Of a DNA stretch of 64,000 nt, positions 9,924 to 19,973 are shown in pieces. Position numbers and translations under genes: made by a program. The stretch spans positions 17,620 to 81,619 of the forward strand of contig DATHRB010000053.1 in assembly GCA_035482155.1 (NCBI GenBank), given 5' to 3'. The number at the start of each line of letters is the position of its first letter. The stretch's first letter is position 1. Below the pieces are notes generated by a model. That model made no database searches and was not told where the DNA came from. It saw nothing but the letters and a program-made list of their open reading frames with translations. Source of the stretch: Verrucomicrobiia bacterium. GTDB lineage: Bacteria > Acidobacteriota > Terriglobia > Acidiferrales > UBA7541.

Positions 9924-10718
9924 CTACGACAATTTTCCAGGCGTAAACAGCGCCGTCATTTCCATCACATCGCGATAATAGTCTTTTTGCTTTAACAGCG
10001 CGGCGGCTCCTTCGTCAACAATAGCGGTGGCGTCAGGATGAAGTTGCAGAGCCGAAGCCGTAACAGAAGCCGTGAGAGGCCCCTCGATCGCGTTCGCCAC
10101 CGCGCCGGCTTTTGCCGCACCAGTAGCCAGCATCAATACGCGCCTGCTGGCCAGTATCGTGCCGATGCCCATTGTGATCGCGAGACGCGGCATCTTCTCT
10201 CCAGCGCCAAAAAACTTGCGATTGTCCTCGACCGTCGCTTTATTGAGAACCTTCAGCCGCGTTTTCGACGCGAAACTTGACGTCGGTTCGTTGAAGCCGA
10301 TGTGCCCGTTGCGTCCAATACCCAGAATTTGCAGACCGATACCACCCGCCCTTTGAATTTCGTCTTCATATCCCGCGCAATATTTTTCGTAGTCGCCGCT
10401 GATGGTGCCGTCCGGAATATGAATGTTCCGCGCGTCAAGGTTCACACGCGAAAAAAAATGTTCGTTCATGAAATGGTGAAAACTCTGCGGATGTTCCGGA
10501 GCAATCCCCAGATATTCGTCCAGATTAAACGTAACCACCCCGGAAAAATCGAGTGCTTCTTCGCGGTGTAGGCGCGCCAGTTCGCGGTACACCCCAATGG
10601 TGGTGCTTCCCGTCGCCAAACCCAGCCGCACCTCCGGGTTCTGGCGTACCGAGTTGGCCACAATTCGCGCCGCTTCCTGACTCAGCTCTTCATAATTGGA
10701 TTTTAGGACCACCAGCAT
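9924..10718 (-). CDS. nagB: Glucosamine-6-phosphate deaminase
   Basis: LGLATGST, TFNLDEY, LGIGRNGHIGFNEP, AITMGIGTI, SALQLH. Confidence 0.94.
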   Translation of the reverse strand: MLVVLKSNYEELSQEAARIVANSVRQNPEVRLGLATGSTTIGVYRELARLHREEALDFSGVVTFNLDEYLGIAPEHPQSFHHFMNEHFFSRVNLDARNIHIPDGTISGDYEKYCAGYEDEIQRAGGIGLQILGIGRNGHIGFNEPTSSFASKTRLKVLNKATVEDNRKFFGAGEKMPRLAITMGIGTILASRRVLMLATGAAKAGAVANAIEGPLTASVTASALQLHPDATAIVDEGAAALLKQKDYYRDVMEMTALFTPGKLS

Positions 10719-10897
10719 TTAACGTAAGCCCGCCTGTTTTTTGGAGTTCAGCGATGTGCCCGTTACAAACAAACTTTTGTTGCGCTCGCCCTTGCCATTT
10801 AAGCTTTTCTGAGCCACCATGCTGTGCTTCGCAGCGTCCCGATAGACTACAACATCCGCGCCATCAATTGCTGGCCCGGCCATTACTAAAACGATTT

Positions 10898-10918
10898 AAC
10901 CTGGTCACCTGACCGGTT
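10898..10918. promoter_or_regulatory. Palindromic operator candidate between divergent nagB and the SSS transporter
   Basis: AACC-T-GGTCA-CC-TGACC-GGTT, a near-perfect dyad. Confidence 0.4.
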
Positions 10919-10974
10919 AGGCGCATCTTAATTTGCGCCACCGCTCAACTGCGGCAGGAGAGTAGACACTCAAG

Positions 10975-12939
10975 ATGGCACTTACCACCACCGATTGGAT
11001 CGTAATCGCCGCCTACCTGCTGCTCAATCTGTTGATCAGTCTGTATTACCGCCGGCGCTCCTCGGGCAGCACTGAAGAATTTTTCGTATCGGGACGAAAT
11101 GTTTCCTGGTGGCTGGCCGGCACCTCTATGGTGGCTACCACCTTCGCCGCCGACACCCCTCTGCTTGTCGCCGGCTTAGTAGCTAAAAACGGAATCTCCG
11201 GGAACTGGCTGTGGTGGTCGCAATGCCTCTGTGGAATGATGACCGTTTTTTTCTTCGCCCGATATTGGCGCCGCGCGGAAATCCTCACCGACGTGGAATT
11301 TGTCGAGCTCCGCTACGAAGGCAAGCCTGCCGCCTTCCTTCGTGGTTTTCGCGCCATTTATCTTGGCGCGCTGATGAATTGCCTGATCCTTGGCTGGGTA
11401 ATCAAAGCCATGATCAGCATCACCACCGTCTTGCTTGGCGACGCCATCGCTGCTGGCCGAGTATTACAAATCGCCGTGGGTGGTCATGTGCTCTTGCATT
11501 ACACCCTGGGAGCCCCGGCGCATACCGCGTTGCTGATCTGCGTCCTGATCCTCGTGCCCTTCACAGGCATATACACATTCATCGGCGGATTGTGGGGCGT
11601 GCTCGTCACCGATCTGTTCCAGTTTATTTTGAAGATGACCATGATCGTGGTCCTGGCCTGGATCGCCGTCTCCAAACTTGGCGGCATGACCATGCTCAAA
11701 ATCCAGTTGTCCCACGTGGATAGCACGGTGCGTCAATCGGGACAAACCACCGGGTCGATTCTCTCCTTCTTTCCTTCCTTCCATCTCGGCTGGACCACCG
11801 ACGCCTTGTGGACTCTCCCGGTCATTACTTTTTGTCTCTACCTCGCAGTCCAGTGGTGGGCTAGTTGGTATCCCGGAGCCGAACCCGGTGGCGGCGGCTA
11901 TGTCGCCCAACGCATGTTCAGCGCGAAAGACGAAAAAAACTCACTCGGTGCAACGTTGTGGTTCAACATCGCCCACTACGCCATGCGTTCCTGGCCATGG
12001 ATTCTCACCGGCCTGGTAGCTGTCGCTGTTTATTCTCCTCATGGCGGTTTGCGTCCCAGTATGGAATTTGCCGCCGAACCGGAAAAAGGCTACGTCATGG
12101 TGCTGCGCGATTTTCTCCCGCCCGCGCTTCGTGGATTGATGGTGGCCGCTTTCCTGGCTGCATTTATGTCTACTGTCGGCACCCAATTGAACTGGGGCAC
12201 TTCCTACCTCATCAACGATCTTTATCGCAGATTTCTGGTGCGCAAGGCCACCGACAAGCACTACGTTTTCGTCAGTAAAGTTTTTATCGTAATGCTCGTC
12301 ATTCTCAGCGGCTACGCCGCCGCAAACATTAATTCCATCCAGTCCGCGTGGCAATTACTCCTCGGCATGGGTGCCGGAACGGGCAGCGTTTTGCTATTGC
12401 GCTGGTATTGGTGGCGCATCAATGCCTGGAGCGAAATCTCCGCGATGATCGCCGCCTTCGTCGTCTCCATTTCACTGCAGCGCGTGCATTTCTCAGGCAA
12501 CGACTCCGTGGTCTTCGCCAAGGCCGCCTTGATCACTACCATCACCACAACAGTCGTGTGGTTGGTCACCACCATGATCACCAAGCCGGAGTCGGACGAA
12601 CGCCTTATAAAATTCTATCGCCAGGTGCACCCCACGGTAATCGGCTGGCAGCGCATCGCCGCCTTAGCCCCCGAGATCGCTCCGGTCCGCGATCTGGGCG
12701 CAAACACTTTCGACTGGATCATGGGCTGCACTCTTGTTTATTGCTGCATGTTCGCCATAGGCGAACTGGTCCTGCAGGAATGGCTCCCCGGACTCGTGTT
12801 GTTACTTTGCGCCGCAGCCTCCGGCTATTTTATTTATTGGAGCCTGTCACGCCGCGGCTGGAAATCTTTCTCAGTTGCACCCGAGCCTGTTATCGCGCCA
12901 CCCCGCACAATCGTACCCGGCGCCGAACAAGGCACCTGA
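10975..12939 (+). CDS. Sodium:solute symporter family transporter (probable sugar/amino sugar)
   Basis: FFVSGRNVSWWLAGTSMVATTFAADTPL, AEPGGGGYVAQRM, AAFMST; many transmembrane helices. Confidence 0.9.
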   Translation: MALTTTDWIVIAAYLLLNLLISLYYRRRSSGSTEEFFVSGRNVSWWLAGTSMVATTFAADTPLLVAGLVAKNGISGNWLWWSQCLCGMMTVFFFARYWRRAEILTDVEFVELRYEGKPAAFLRGFRAIYLGALMNCLILGWVIKAMISITTVLLGDAIAAGRVLQIAVGGHVLLHYTLGAPAHTALLICVLILVPFTGIYTFIGGLWGVLVTDLFQFILKMTMIVVLAWIAVSKLGGMTMLKIQLSHVDSTVRQSGQTTGSILSFFPSFHLGWTTDALWTLPVITFCLYLAVQWWASWYPGAEPGGGGYVAQRMFSAKDEKNSLGATLWFNIAHYAMRSWPWILTGLVAVAVYSPHGGLRPSMEFAAEPEKGYVMVLRDFLPPALRGLMVAAFLAAFMSTVGTQLNWGTSYLINDLYRRFLVRKATDKHYVFVSKVFIVMLVILSGYAAANINSIQSAWQLLLGMGAGTGSVLLLRWYWWRINAWSEISAMIAAFVVSISLQRVHFSGNDSVVFAKAALITTITTTVVWLVTTMITKPESDERLIKFYRQVHPTVIGWQRIAALAPEIAPVRDLGANTFDWIMGCTLVYCCMFAIGELVLQEWLPGLVLLLCAAASGYFIYWSLSRRGWKSFSVAPEPVIAPPRTIVPGAEQGT

Positions 12940-13120
12940 TTCAGACCGTGCTCGTGTCTGTTTTATTCCATACTTGCGCCATCTGCGCCTTTCGCGCATC
13001 AAATGAAGCGTACTCATTGCCGGAAGAAGCACGCAATCAGAACTGCGATGGGCCGCAACTTCGCAGTTGATGCAAGAATAAATTGAAGAATTTTGGATCG
13101 TCCACCCAAAACTATGTTCT

Positions 13121-15856
13121 ATGCCTAGACTGCAGACCCGCGAAGACCAGCGCCTCGAAGAAACCCGCACGCGCAAGAAATATTGGAAGCGCTGGGGCCC
13201 TTATTTATCCGAGCGCCAATGGGGCACCGTACGCGAAGACTACAGCCCGTATGGCACCGCCTGGGAATATTTTCCGCATGATCACGCCAGATCACGCGCG
13301 TACCGCTGGGGTGAAGACGGTATCGGAGGCATGAGCGACCGTCATCAGATGATTTGTTTCGGTCTCGCCATGTGGAACGGCCGCGATCCGATCTTGAAGG
13401 AGCGGCTCTTCGGCCTCACCGGGCATCAGGGAAATCACGGCGAGGATGTAAAGGAATGTTACTTCTACCTGGATTCTACGCCCACCCACAGCTACATGCA
13501 GATGCTGTACAAATATCCTCAAGCGGAATTTCCCTACGATGCCTTAGTCGCCGAAAACGGCCGTCGCAACCGCACTCAGCCCGAATTCGAGCTGATGGAC
13601 ACTGGCGTCTTCGCTGAGAACCGCTATTTCGACGTCTTCGTCGAGTATGCCAAGGCCGACGTCGAAGACATTCTCATCAAGATCATCGTGGTGAATCGCG
13701 GCCCGGAGGCCGCCACACTTCATCTCTTGCCCTCGCTATGGTTTCGCAATACTTGGTCGTGGGGCAAGGATAACCGCCGTCCCACGATGCGGAAAACCGT
13801 CGGGCCAGAAAACTGCCGCTGCGTTGAAGTGCAACATTGGCAATATGGCAAGCGTTGGCTACTCTGCGCTGGTCAGCCGCAATTGCTTTTTACCGAGAAC
13901 GAAACCAATTATGAGCACGTTTTTGCTGGAAAAAGCCCCACGCCCTTCGTCAAAGACGCTTTTCATGAATATCTCATTCACAAAAATCAAGCTGCAGTGA
14001 ATCCCCAGCAAACCGGCACCAAGATGGCCGCTTATTACCCGCTCACGCTTGGCCCTGGTGACAGCACTACGCTGAAGTTGCGCTTAACGGACATCCAGCC
14101 ACTCGGTGGCATAAACTCTGATTCCAATAAACTTGGCACCATCACTTCTCCAGCTCATGCGGGACCCGACGAAGAGGTTCCAGCCACCCACGATTTCGGC
14201 GCTGGTTTCGATCGTCTTTTCGACCTACGCCAAAAAGAAGCGGACGATTTTTACGGTTCTCGTGTGCCTAAGGACATTTCCGAAGATGCTCGAAACGTAA
14301 TGCGTCAGGCCTTATCGGGGATGATGTGGTCGAAGCAGTTCTACCACTACGACGTCCTGACCTGGCTTACCGGTGATCCCGGCCAACCGACTCCCCCGGA
14401 AGAGCGCTGGAGCGGCAGAAACAAGGATTGGACGCAGTTGTATAACGACGACGTCGTTTCCATGCCCGACAAATGGGAATACCCCTGGTACGCCGCATGG
14501 GATCTCGCATTCCACTGTGTCTCGTTGGCCATCATCGATCCCGACTTCGCCAAAGATCAGCTCGTGCTGCTCCTGCGCGAATGGTATATGAACCCCAATG
14601 GCCAATTGCCCGCTTACGAGTGGGCTTTTAGCGATGTGAATCCCCCGGTTCATGCATGGGCCGCGTGGCGTGTTTACAAAATCGAGCGTCGCGTCCGCGG
14701 CGTAGCCGATCGCGCCTTCCTCGAAAAAGTTTTTCATAAATTGCTGTTGAATTTCACCTGGTGGGTCAATCGAAAAGATCCCGAAGGCTCAAATATTTTT
14801 CAGGGGGGCTTTCTCGGTCTCGACAACATCGGAGTATTCGACCGCTCCGCGCCTCTTCCCACCGGCGGTCATCTCGAGCAGTCCGATGGCACCAGCTGGA
14901 TGGGCATGTATTGCCTCAACATGCTCGCTATTGCACTCGAACTTGCCAAAGAAGATCGCGCCTACGAAGACATCGCCAGCAAATTCTTCGAGCATTTTGT
15001 CTACATCGCCCATGCCATGAACAATTTTGGATCACGCGGCAAATCTTTGTGGGACGATGAAGACGGTTTTTACTACGACGTTCTCCACCTCCCCAACGGC
15101 GAAGATCATTTCTTGAAGGTCCGCTCCATGGTCGGCCTAATTCCGCTGTTCGGCGTGGAGACCCTCGAACCCGAAGCCATCGACAAGCTACCCGGCTTTA
15201 AGCGTCGCATGCAGTGGTTCATCGACAATCATCCCGACTTTCCAGACCACATCGATATGTCGCAAAGCTCGGCTCGCGGCACGCGCTTGCTACTCTCGCT
15301 AGTCAGCAAAAAAAGGTTAGGCCGCGTACTCTCGCGTATGTTGGACGAATCGGAATTTCTCTCTCCCTACGGCATCCGGGCGCTGTCGCGCTTTCACATG
15401 GATTACCCTTATGTGCTGCGCTTCAATGGCACGGTCAACAGAGTAGATTACGAGCCTGCCGAATCGGCTACCGGAACGTTTGGCGGCAATTCGAATTGGC
15501 GCGGTCCCATCTGGTTCCCCGTGAACTATCTGTTGGTCGAGTCCTTGCAGAAATACCATCATTACTATGGCGAAGACTTCAAACTCGCATGTCCTACCGG
15601 TACCAACAATCAAACCAATCTCTGGCAAGTCGCCACAGAAATATCGCGTCGGCTGACCCATATTTTTCTCCGCGACGACAATGGCCGCCGTCCCGTTAAC
15701 GGAAACGCCGAGGTGTTTCATAGCGATCCCTACTGGCGCGACCTTGTTCTATTTTATGAATTTTTTAACGGTGACAATGGCGCCGGCCTCGGCGCCAATC
15801 ATCAGACCGGCTGGACCGGCCTCGTTGCGAAGATGATTCAACAAAGTGGTGAGTGA
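13121..15856 (+). CDS. MGH1-like/GH63-type glycoside hydrolase (glucosidase)
   Basis: [58 protein letters not shown]. Confidence 0.88.
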   Translation: MPRLQTREDQRLEETRTRKKYWKRWGPYLSERQWGTVREDYSPYGTAWEYFPHDHARSRAYRWGEDGIGGMSDRHQMICFGLAMWNGRDPILKERLFGLTGHQGNHGEDVKECYFYLDSTPTHSYMQMLYKYPQAEFPYDALVAENGRRNRTQPEFELMDTGVFAENRYFDVFVEYAKADVEDILIKIIVVNRGPEAATLHLLPSLWFRNTWSWGKDNRRPTMRKTVGPENCRCVEVQHWQYGKRWLLCAGQPQLLFTENETNYEHVFAGKSPTPFVKDAFHEYLIHKNQAAVNPQQTGTKMAAYYPLTLGPGDSTTLKLRLTDIQPLGGINSDSNKLGTITSPAHAGPDEEVPATHDFGAGFDRLFDLRQKEADDFYGSRVPKDISEDARNVMRQALSGMMWSKQFYHYDVLTWLTGDPGQPTPPEERWSGRNKDWTQLYNDDVVSMPDKWEYPWYAAWDLAFHCVSLAIIDPDFAKDQLVLLLREWYMNPNGQLPAYEWAFSDVNPPVHAWAAWRVYKIERRVRGVADRAFLEKVFHKLLLNFTWWVNRKDPEGSNIFQGGFLGLDNIGVFDRSAPLPTGGHLEQSDGTSWMGMYCLNMLAIALELAKEDRAYEDIASKFFEHFVYIAHAMNNFGSRGKSLWDDEDGFYYDVLHLPNGEDHFLKVRSMVGLIPLFGVETLEPEAIDKLPGFKRRMQWFIDNHPDFPDHIDMSQSSARGTRLLLSLVSKKRLGRVLSRMLDESEFLSPYGIRALSRFHMDYPYVLRFNGTVNRVDYEPAESATGTFGGNSNWRGPIWFPVNYLLVESLQKYHHYYGEDFKLACPTGTNNQTNLWQVATEISRRLTHIFLRDDNGRRPVNGNAEVFHSDPYWRDLVLFYEFFNGDNGAGLGANHQTGWTGLVAKMIQQSGE

Positions 15857-15863
15857 ATCACCG

Positions 15864-16448
15864 TTACGGCAACTCGTAAAACTCAATCAGCACTTTGGTG
15901 TTCTCACCGCCCGCGCCCGGAACCGGCACCAGAACAAAATTTACCTTCGAACCGTTAGCCCCTGCCCGCGCCTCCAGATAAATAGGAGCTACGCCAAACC
16001 GCTCGCGCACAATTGCCATGGCGCGGTTGACATCCGTGCACCGAAACTCTACCTGCTGAACGCCCTCGCCAAATTTTGCAAGAAACCTCGCGATCGCCCC
16101 GTGACCAGCCGGCTCCCTGCTCGTTAGCACATCTAGTTCAACATCATCTGCAAAATGCAGCTCGAATTCCTCGGCGTCTTGTTCTAGAGGCACATCCGCC
16201 AGTGCTGGCTGCCCGTTACCCATCCGAATCTTCGCGAACGTCTCCCGATGCACAGCCACACCAACAGTAACAATCGGTTTTGGGCTCAGAAGCAACTCAG
16301 CTAATTCCGGATCTTCCCACCAACGAGATGCCGCTCGATCTGCTGCAACCCGCCCGTGTCGATAGATTTCCGAAGCCGCCGCCATACGCGTCGATTTCTC
16401 AGCAGCTGACAGATTCGTAATTGCGGACGACATCGCGTGGGCCATCAT
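15864..16448 (-). CDS. Hypothetical protein with a VOC/glyoxalase (methylmalonyl-CoA-epimerase-like) C-terminal part
   Basis: IARFLAKFGEGVQQVEF ... ARAGANGSKVNF ... LIEFYE resemble VOC epimerases. Confidence 0.55.
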   Translation of the reverse strand: MMAHAMSSAITNLSAAEKSTRMAAASEIYRHGRVAADRAASRWWEDPELAELLLSPKPIVTVGVAVHRETFAKIRMGNGQPALADVPLEQDAEEFELHFADDVELDVLTSREPAGHGAIARFLAKFGEGVQQVEFRCTDVNRAMAIVRERFGVAPIYLEARAGANGSKVNFVLVPVPGAGGENTKVLIEFYELP

Positions 16449-16460
16449 ATTTCCCAAGCT

Positions 16461-17420
16461 CTATCTGTCAGGACCGTGCGCGATTCTACCGCGAGGCTGT
16501 TCAGTGACCGCTGCTTGCCCAGGCGACATCAGCGACGCGATAAGGGCAACCAGCAGTATTCCCGCCACCACTAGCAGCGAAATGTGCACCGGAACATACA
16601 TCCACGGTTCCGCAATCATCTTTGCACCAATAAAAACCAGCACCCCCGAAAGTCCCACCGTCAGGTATCGCAGTCGCCCCAAAGCTCCTGCCAGTAAAAA
16701 ATACATCGCCCTTAACCCCAGAATCGCAAATACATTCGAGGTGTACACGATAAACGCATCGTGAGTGATCCCAAAAATCGCCGGAATCGAATCCACCGCT
16801 AGCGTGACATCCGTAATCTCTACCACCAGCAGCACCAAAAACAAAGGTGTCGCAAATAATTGCTTGTTCAAGCGCACAAAAAATCTCTCGCCATGATATT
16901 GGCGGGTGACTCGCAAATGCTTGTTCGCCAATTGAAAAATCTTGTTTTGTTCCGGATGCGTGTCCCGCGTTCGAACCAAAAGCATGTGAATTCCCGCATA
17001 CACCAGAAAAGCCCCGAAGACGTACATGATCCACGAAAAGCGCGCCACCAGCGCCGCGCCCATCGCAATCATGATTCCCCGCATCACTAATGCGCCCAGC
17101 ACACCCCACGCAAGCAAGCGATGTTGTACCCGTTCATCCACTGAAAAAGCACGAAAGATCACCAGAAATAAAAACAGGTTATCGATGCTCAGCGCTTTTT
17201 CGATCAGGTATCCGGTGAAGAATTCCAGTGCTGGTTGCCTGCCCAGAAACCAAAACACCCCCACGCCAAAAAGTAGCGACAGCGCCACCCACCCCACACT
17301 CCAGATCGCCGCTTCGCGCAGCCGTATTCTATGCGGCCGCCGATGAAACACACCCAGATCAAGTGCCACCGCAACCAGCACAAAAATGTTAAAGAAAATC
17401 CAGCGCGAGAGGGTACCCAT
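16461..17420 (-). CDS. TerC/Alx-family membrane protein
   Basis: LDLGVFHR, EFFTGYLIEKALSIDNLF, DSIPAIFGIT, TSNVFAILGLRAMYF. Confidence 0.92.
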   Translation of the reverse strand: MGTLSRWIFFNIFVLVAVALDLGVFHRRPHRIRLREAAIWSVGWVALSLLFGVGVFWFLGRQPALEFFTGYLIEKALSIDNLFLFLVIFRAFSVDERVQHRLLAWGVLGALVMRGIMIAMGAALVARFSWIMYVFGAFLVYAGIHMLLVRTRDTHPEQNKIFQLANKHLRVTRQYHGERFFVRLNKQLFATPLFLVLLVVEITDVTLAVDSIPAIFGITHDAFIVYTSNVFAILGLRAMYFLLAGALGRLRYLTVGLSGVLVFIGAKMIAEPWMYVPVHISLLVVAGILLVALIASLMSPGQAAVTEQPRGRIAHGPDR

Positions 17421-17437
17421 TTTCGCGTTGGTTTATT

Positions 17438-18301
17438 TCAGGGAGCGGAAGCCGCGTGTGCGTCCGTCGCGTTCAAATTATTTAACTCCACTCGCGTGGT
17501 TTGTCCCGGCTGAATCGCCACCGCCACGTCCCACCTCACTCGCGTATCTCCTGCATCGGCATCCAAATTCAAAGAACTCACCCAGTAACTTCCTGGCGGC
17601 AATCCCGAAACGCCCGCGCGCCCATCCAGATCCGTGTCCGCCTTGGCCACCAGATATTTCGTCTGCGCCACATCGGGCGCCAGGTGCTGCACGTGTTTCT
17701 TGTGCTCGCTTTCAATCTTCGCCCATTTTCGCTGTGGATTCACGGCGTCCATTTCCAGTTCCATCCCGCTCATCGTTTCCGGGTGCAAGCGAATAAACTT
17801 CCGCAGTGCGCTGTAGTATTCCTCGGTTTGCTTTTTGTATTTCTCCGGATGATCCGTTTTGTCCGCGTCCTTATATTTCGGTTTGGGAATGCCATTCGTC
17901 ACTCCGCCGCTATTCGCGCGCTGGTAAGCCAGCAAAAATTCCGGTACGTGCAGTACATCATCGGCCGTCAGCGCTTTGTCCAGTCCCGGCATGGTCAAAT
18001 CCAGAATCTCATGTGCTTTGAGCCATTCCTTCAGCTCCGGAGAAACTTTCAAATCATCAATGAATTTATCGCGAGAGGGAATGACGTCCCCCGCTTCCAC
18101 TTCTTGAGAAACCGCTGCGTAGCTTTTGCTGAGGATGTAAAAAGTGAATTGCCGTACCGGCTCGGGCCGCGCAGCCGTAGGTGTGATCCTTGCTGTAAGC
18201 TGCAGCCCGCCCGTGTTCGCAGCCGTTTGTGCAAATGAATTGGTGCTTATGAACAACGACCCAAGCAACACAGCCAGCGTGGCCATTCGCGTTTTCATCA
18301 T
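17438..18301 (-). CDS. Secreted hypothetical protein with a C-terminal prealbumin/carboxypeptidase-regulatory-like segment
   Basis: Signal peptide (TLAVLLGSLFISTNSFAQ); TDLDGRAGVSGLPPGSYW. Confidence 0.6.
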   Translation of the reverse strand: MMKTRMATLAVLLGSLFISTNSFAQTAANTGGLQLTARITPTAARPEPVRQFTFYILSKSYAAVSQEVEAGDVIPSRDKFIDDLKVSPELKEWLKAHEILDLTMPGLDKALTADDVLHVPEFLLAYQRANSGGVTNGIPKPKYKDADKTDHPEKYKKQTEEYYSALRKFIRLHPETMSGMELEMDAVNPQRKWAKIESEHKKHVQHLAPDVAQTKYLVAKADTDLDGRAGVSGLPPGSYWVSSLNLDADAGDTRVRWDVAVAIQPGQTTRVELNNLNATDAHAASAP

Positions 18302-18450
18302 TGGCAAATCGTAACAGATTGGAGTCCAGCCGACGCACCGAACATCTTTTGTGTTGCTTTAGTGAAGGGTCCCGCCCGAGCAGACTGATCCTACGCCATC
18401 AGCAAATTGGCATTCCCGCTCTAGCGCGAAACGCTGCTGTTAGTCGACTC

Positions 18451-19677
18451 TTAGTAAAGGTGGAAAGTAACTTCGATCTGTACCCGGCAGGCGACAGGTT
18501 TGCCCCCAGGCCCCAAAGCCGCCCGCATCTTCCAATTGCGCACCTGCGCCAGCGCCTTTTCTTCCAAGCCAAGTCCCGGCCCTTTAATCACGATGGGATT
18601 AACAACCCGTCCGTCGGCCGTCACCGTCACGTCCAGCAAAACCGTACCCTGGTACTTCGCCTTGCGAGCCTCATCCGAATATTCCGGTTGCGGGCAGTAG
18701 ATACACTGCGGCGAGCCAACTCCATTTATGCCCGCGCGAAAATCGCCTCCGCCCGTGCCGCCAGTATTCCCAGGGCCCAAGCCTGCGCCGTTCCCGCTGC
18801 CAATGCCGCCGCTTGTCCCTACCCCGACACCGCCGCCACCACCTGGTCCGCCCGACATTGTTACCGCGCCCGCCATCGGATCGCCCACATTCGGGAGCGG
18901 CGGATTCGCAATCTTCAGCTCCGGCGGCCCCAGTAGTGTCGGATCCATCGGCAGCTTAGGAGCGAGATTCCTGATCGTCACCTCAGGCGGCGTAAATTGT
19001 GTATACGCGAATTTCGGAGCCTGACCCTTCGTAGGCGGCGTAATGGATCGGTCACCTCCGCCACCACCGCCGCCAGCCTTCTTCGTGCCAGCCGGCAACT
19101 TCGCGATATAAGGAGAAATATCCAACGGCGTCGAATCAAATTTATTTTTTGCTTGTGTCGAGCCCGGCAGAATATGTGTGAACAACGGAACAACTAGAAG
19201 TGTAATTATCCCGACGTGCAGCCCGATCGAAATTATTTGCGTCCACCCAAAATTCTCGTCCTTCGACCAGATATCTTTAACCTTGACCGGCTTGCTGGTC
19301 CACTGCGCAGGAGCCTGCTTCACCGGAAAGAACAATTCCTTGATGCGGTCCCCGAACCCCCCGAACCCAGCGCCCCAAGCCACTTCCAATCTACTATTCG
19401 AGGCGCCTTTTGGAACTGGCCCGCCCTTAAGTACCGTCTTTAAATTTTCTCTAAATCCATCGCCGTAATTTTCAGGCATCAGCGGAGAATGAACATCCCC
19501 GCTAATCTTCACCGGACGTTCCGTCAGGAATTGTTTGAGGTTTCCCCAGAAACCATCGGTCACAAACTTGGTGGGAGTCCCGAATCGGGGCAGCGGAGTC
19601 GTGGAACCTGCACTGGCTTCGTTGGCCCTGGGTGGCTGAGGCTGAGTCGGCAAGAGATTGATCATTCTACCCGGCAC
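18451..19677 (-). CDS. TonB-family protein (energy transducer, TonB C-terminal domain)
   Basis: One TM helix (ISIGLHVGIITLL), Pro/Gly-rich linker, PEYSDEARKAKYQGTVLL ... GLGLEEKA. Confidence 0.85.
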   Translation of the reverse strand: MPGRMINLLPTQPQPPRANEASAGSTTPLPRFGTPTKFVTDGFWGNLKQFLTERPVKISGDVHSPLMPENYGDGFRENLKTVLKGGPVPKGASNSRLEVAWGAGFGGFGDRIKELFFPVKQAPAQWTSKPVKVKDIWSKDENFGWTQIISIGLHVGIITLLVVPLFTHILPGSTQAKNKFDSTPLDISPYIAKLPAGTKKAGGGGGGGDRSITPPTKGQAPKFAYTQFTPPEVTIRNLAPKLPMDPTLLGPPELKIANPPLPNVGDPMAGAVTMSGGPGGGGGVGVGTSGGIGSGNGAGLGPGNTGGTGGGDFRAGINGVGSPQCIYCPQPEYSDEARKAKYQGTVLLDVTVTADGRVVNPIVIKGPGLGLEEKALAQVRNWKMRAALGPGGKPVACRVQIEVTFHLY

Positions 19678-19973
19678 CGTCTTCCCTCGGTTTAGACGCA
19701 GCTATTGCGAATTAAGCGTGCTAGCCGGATATGATTCGCGCTCCCCGGGAAAGGTTGCGCGACCCATGCGGCTGACATCGACTGCCATTCATTGTAACAT
19801 ACACATTTAATCAGCTTTCCGATGTTTCCCGTCGTATACCTCTCTCCAGAAATACGATCGGTATAAATGCGGGGAAAACAGGGATTTATCGTGCTGGCCA
19901 CGACGGGGATGAAATTATCCTGCACTATCGATAATCGCCAGCGACAAAAAGGGGACTTTCCATTTCTCAGCTC

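Noticed and set aside
10719-10820. 33-codon ORF in frame with and ending immediately before the nagB ATG
   Set aside because: No SD and no telling composition; compatible with chance.
17421-17437. Possible yybP-ykoY riboswitch before the TerC/Alx gene
   Set aside because: Only 17 nt separate it from the upstream gene, leaving no room.
18728-19085. Gly/Pro codon repeats (ccgccgcca runs)
   Set aside because: They encode the normal Gly-rich linker of the TonB-family protein and are not an independent repeat.
19678-19973. Possible T-box riboswitch upstream of ileS
   Set aside because: No T-box motif or terminator/antiterminator is visible.
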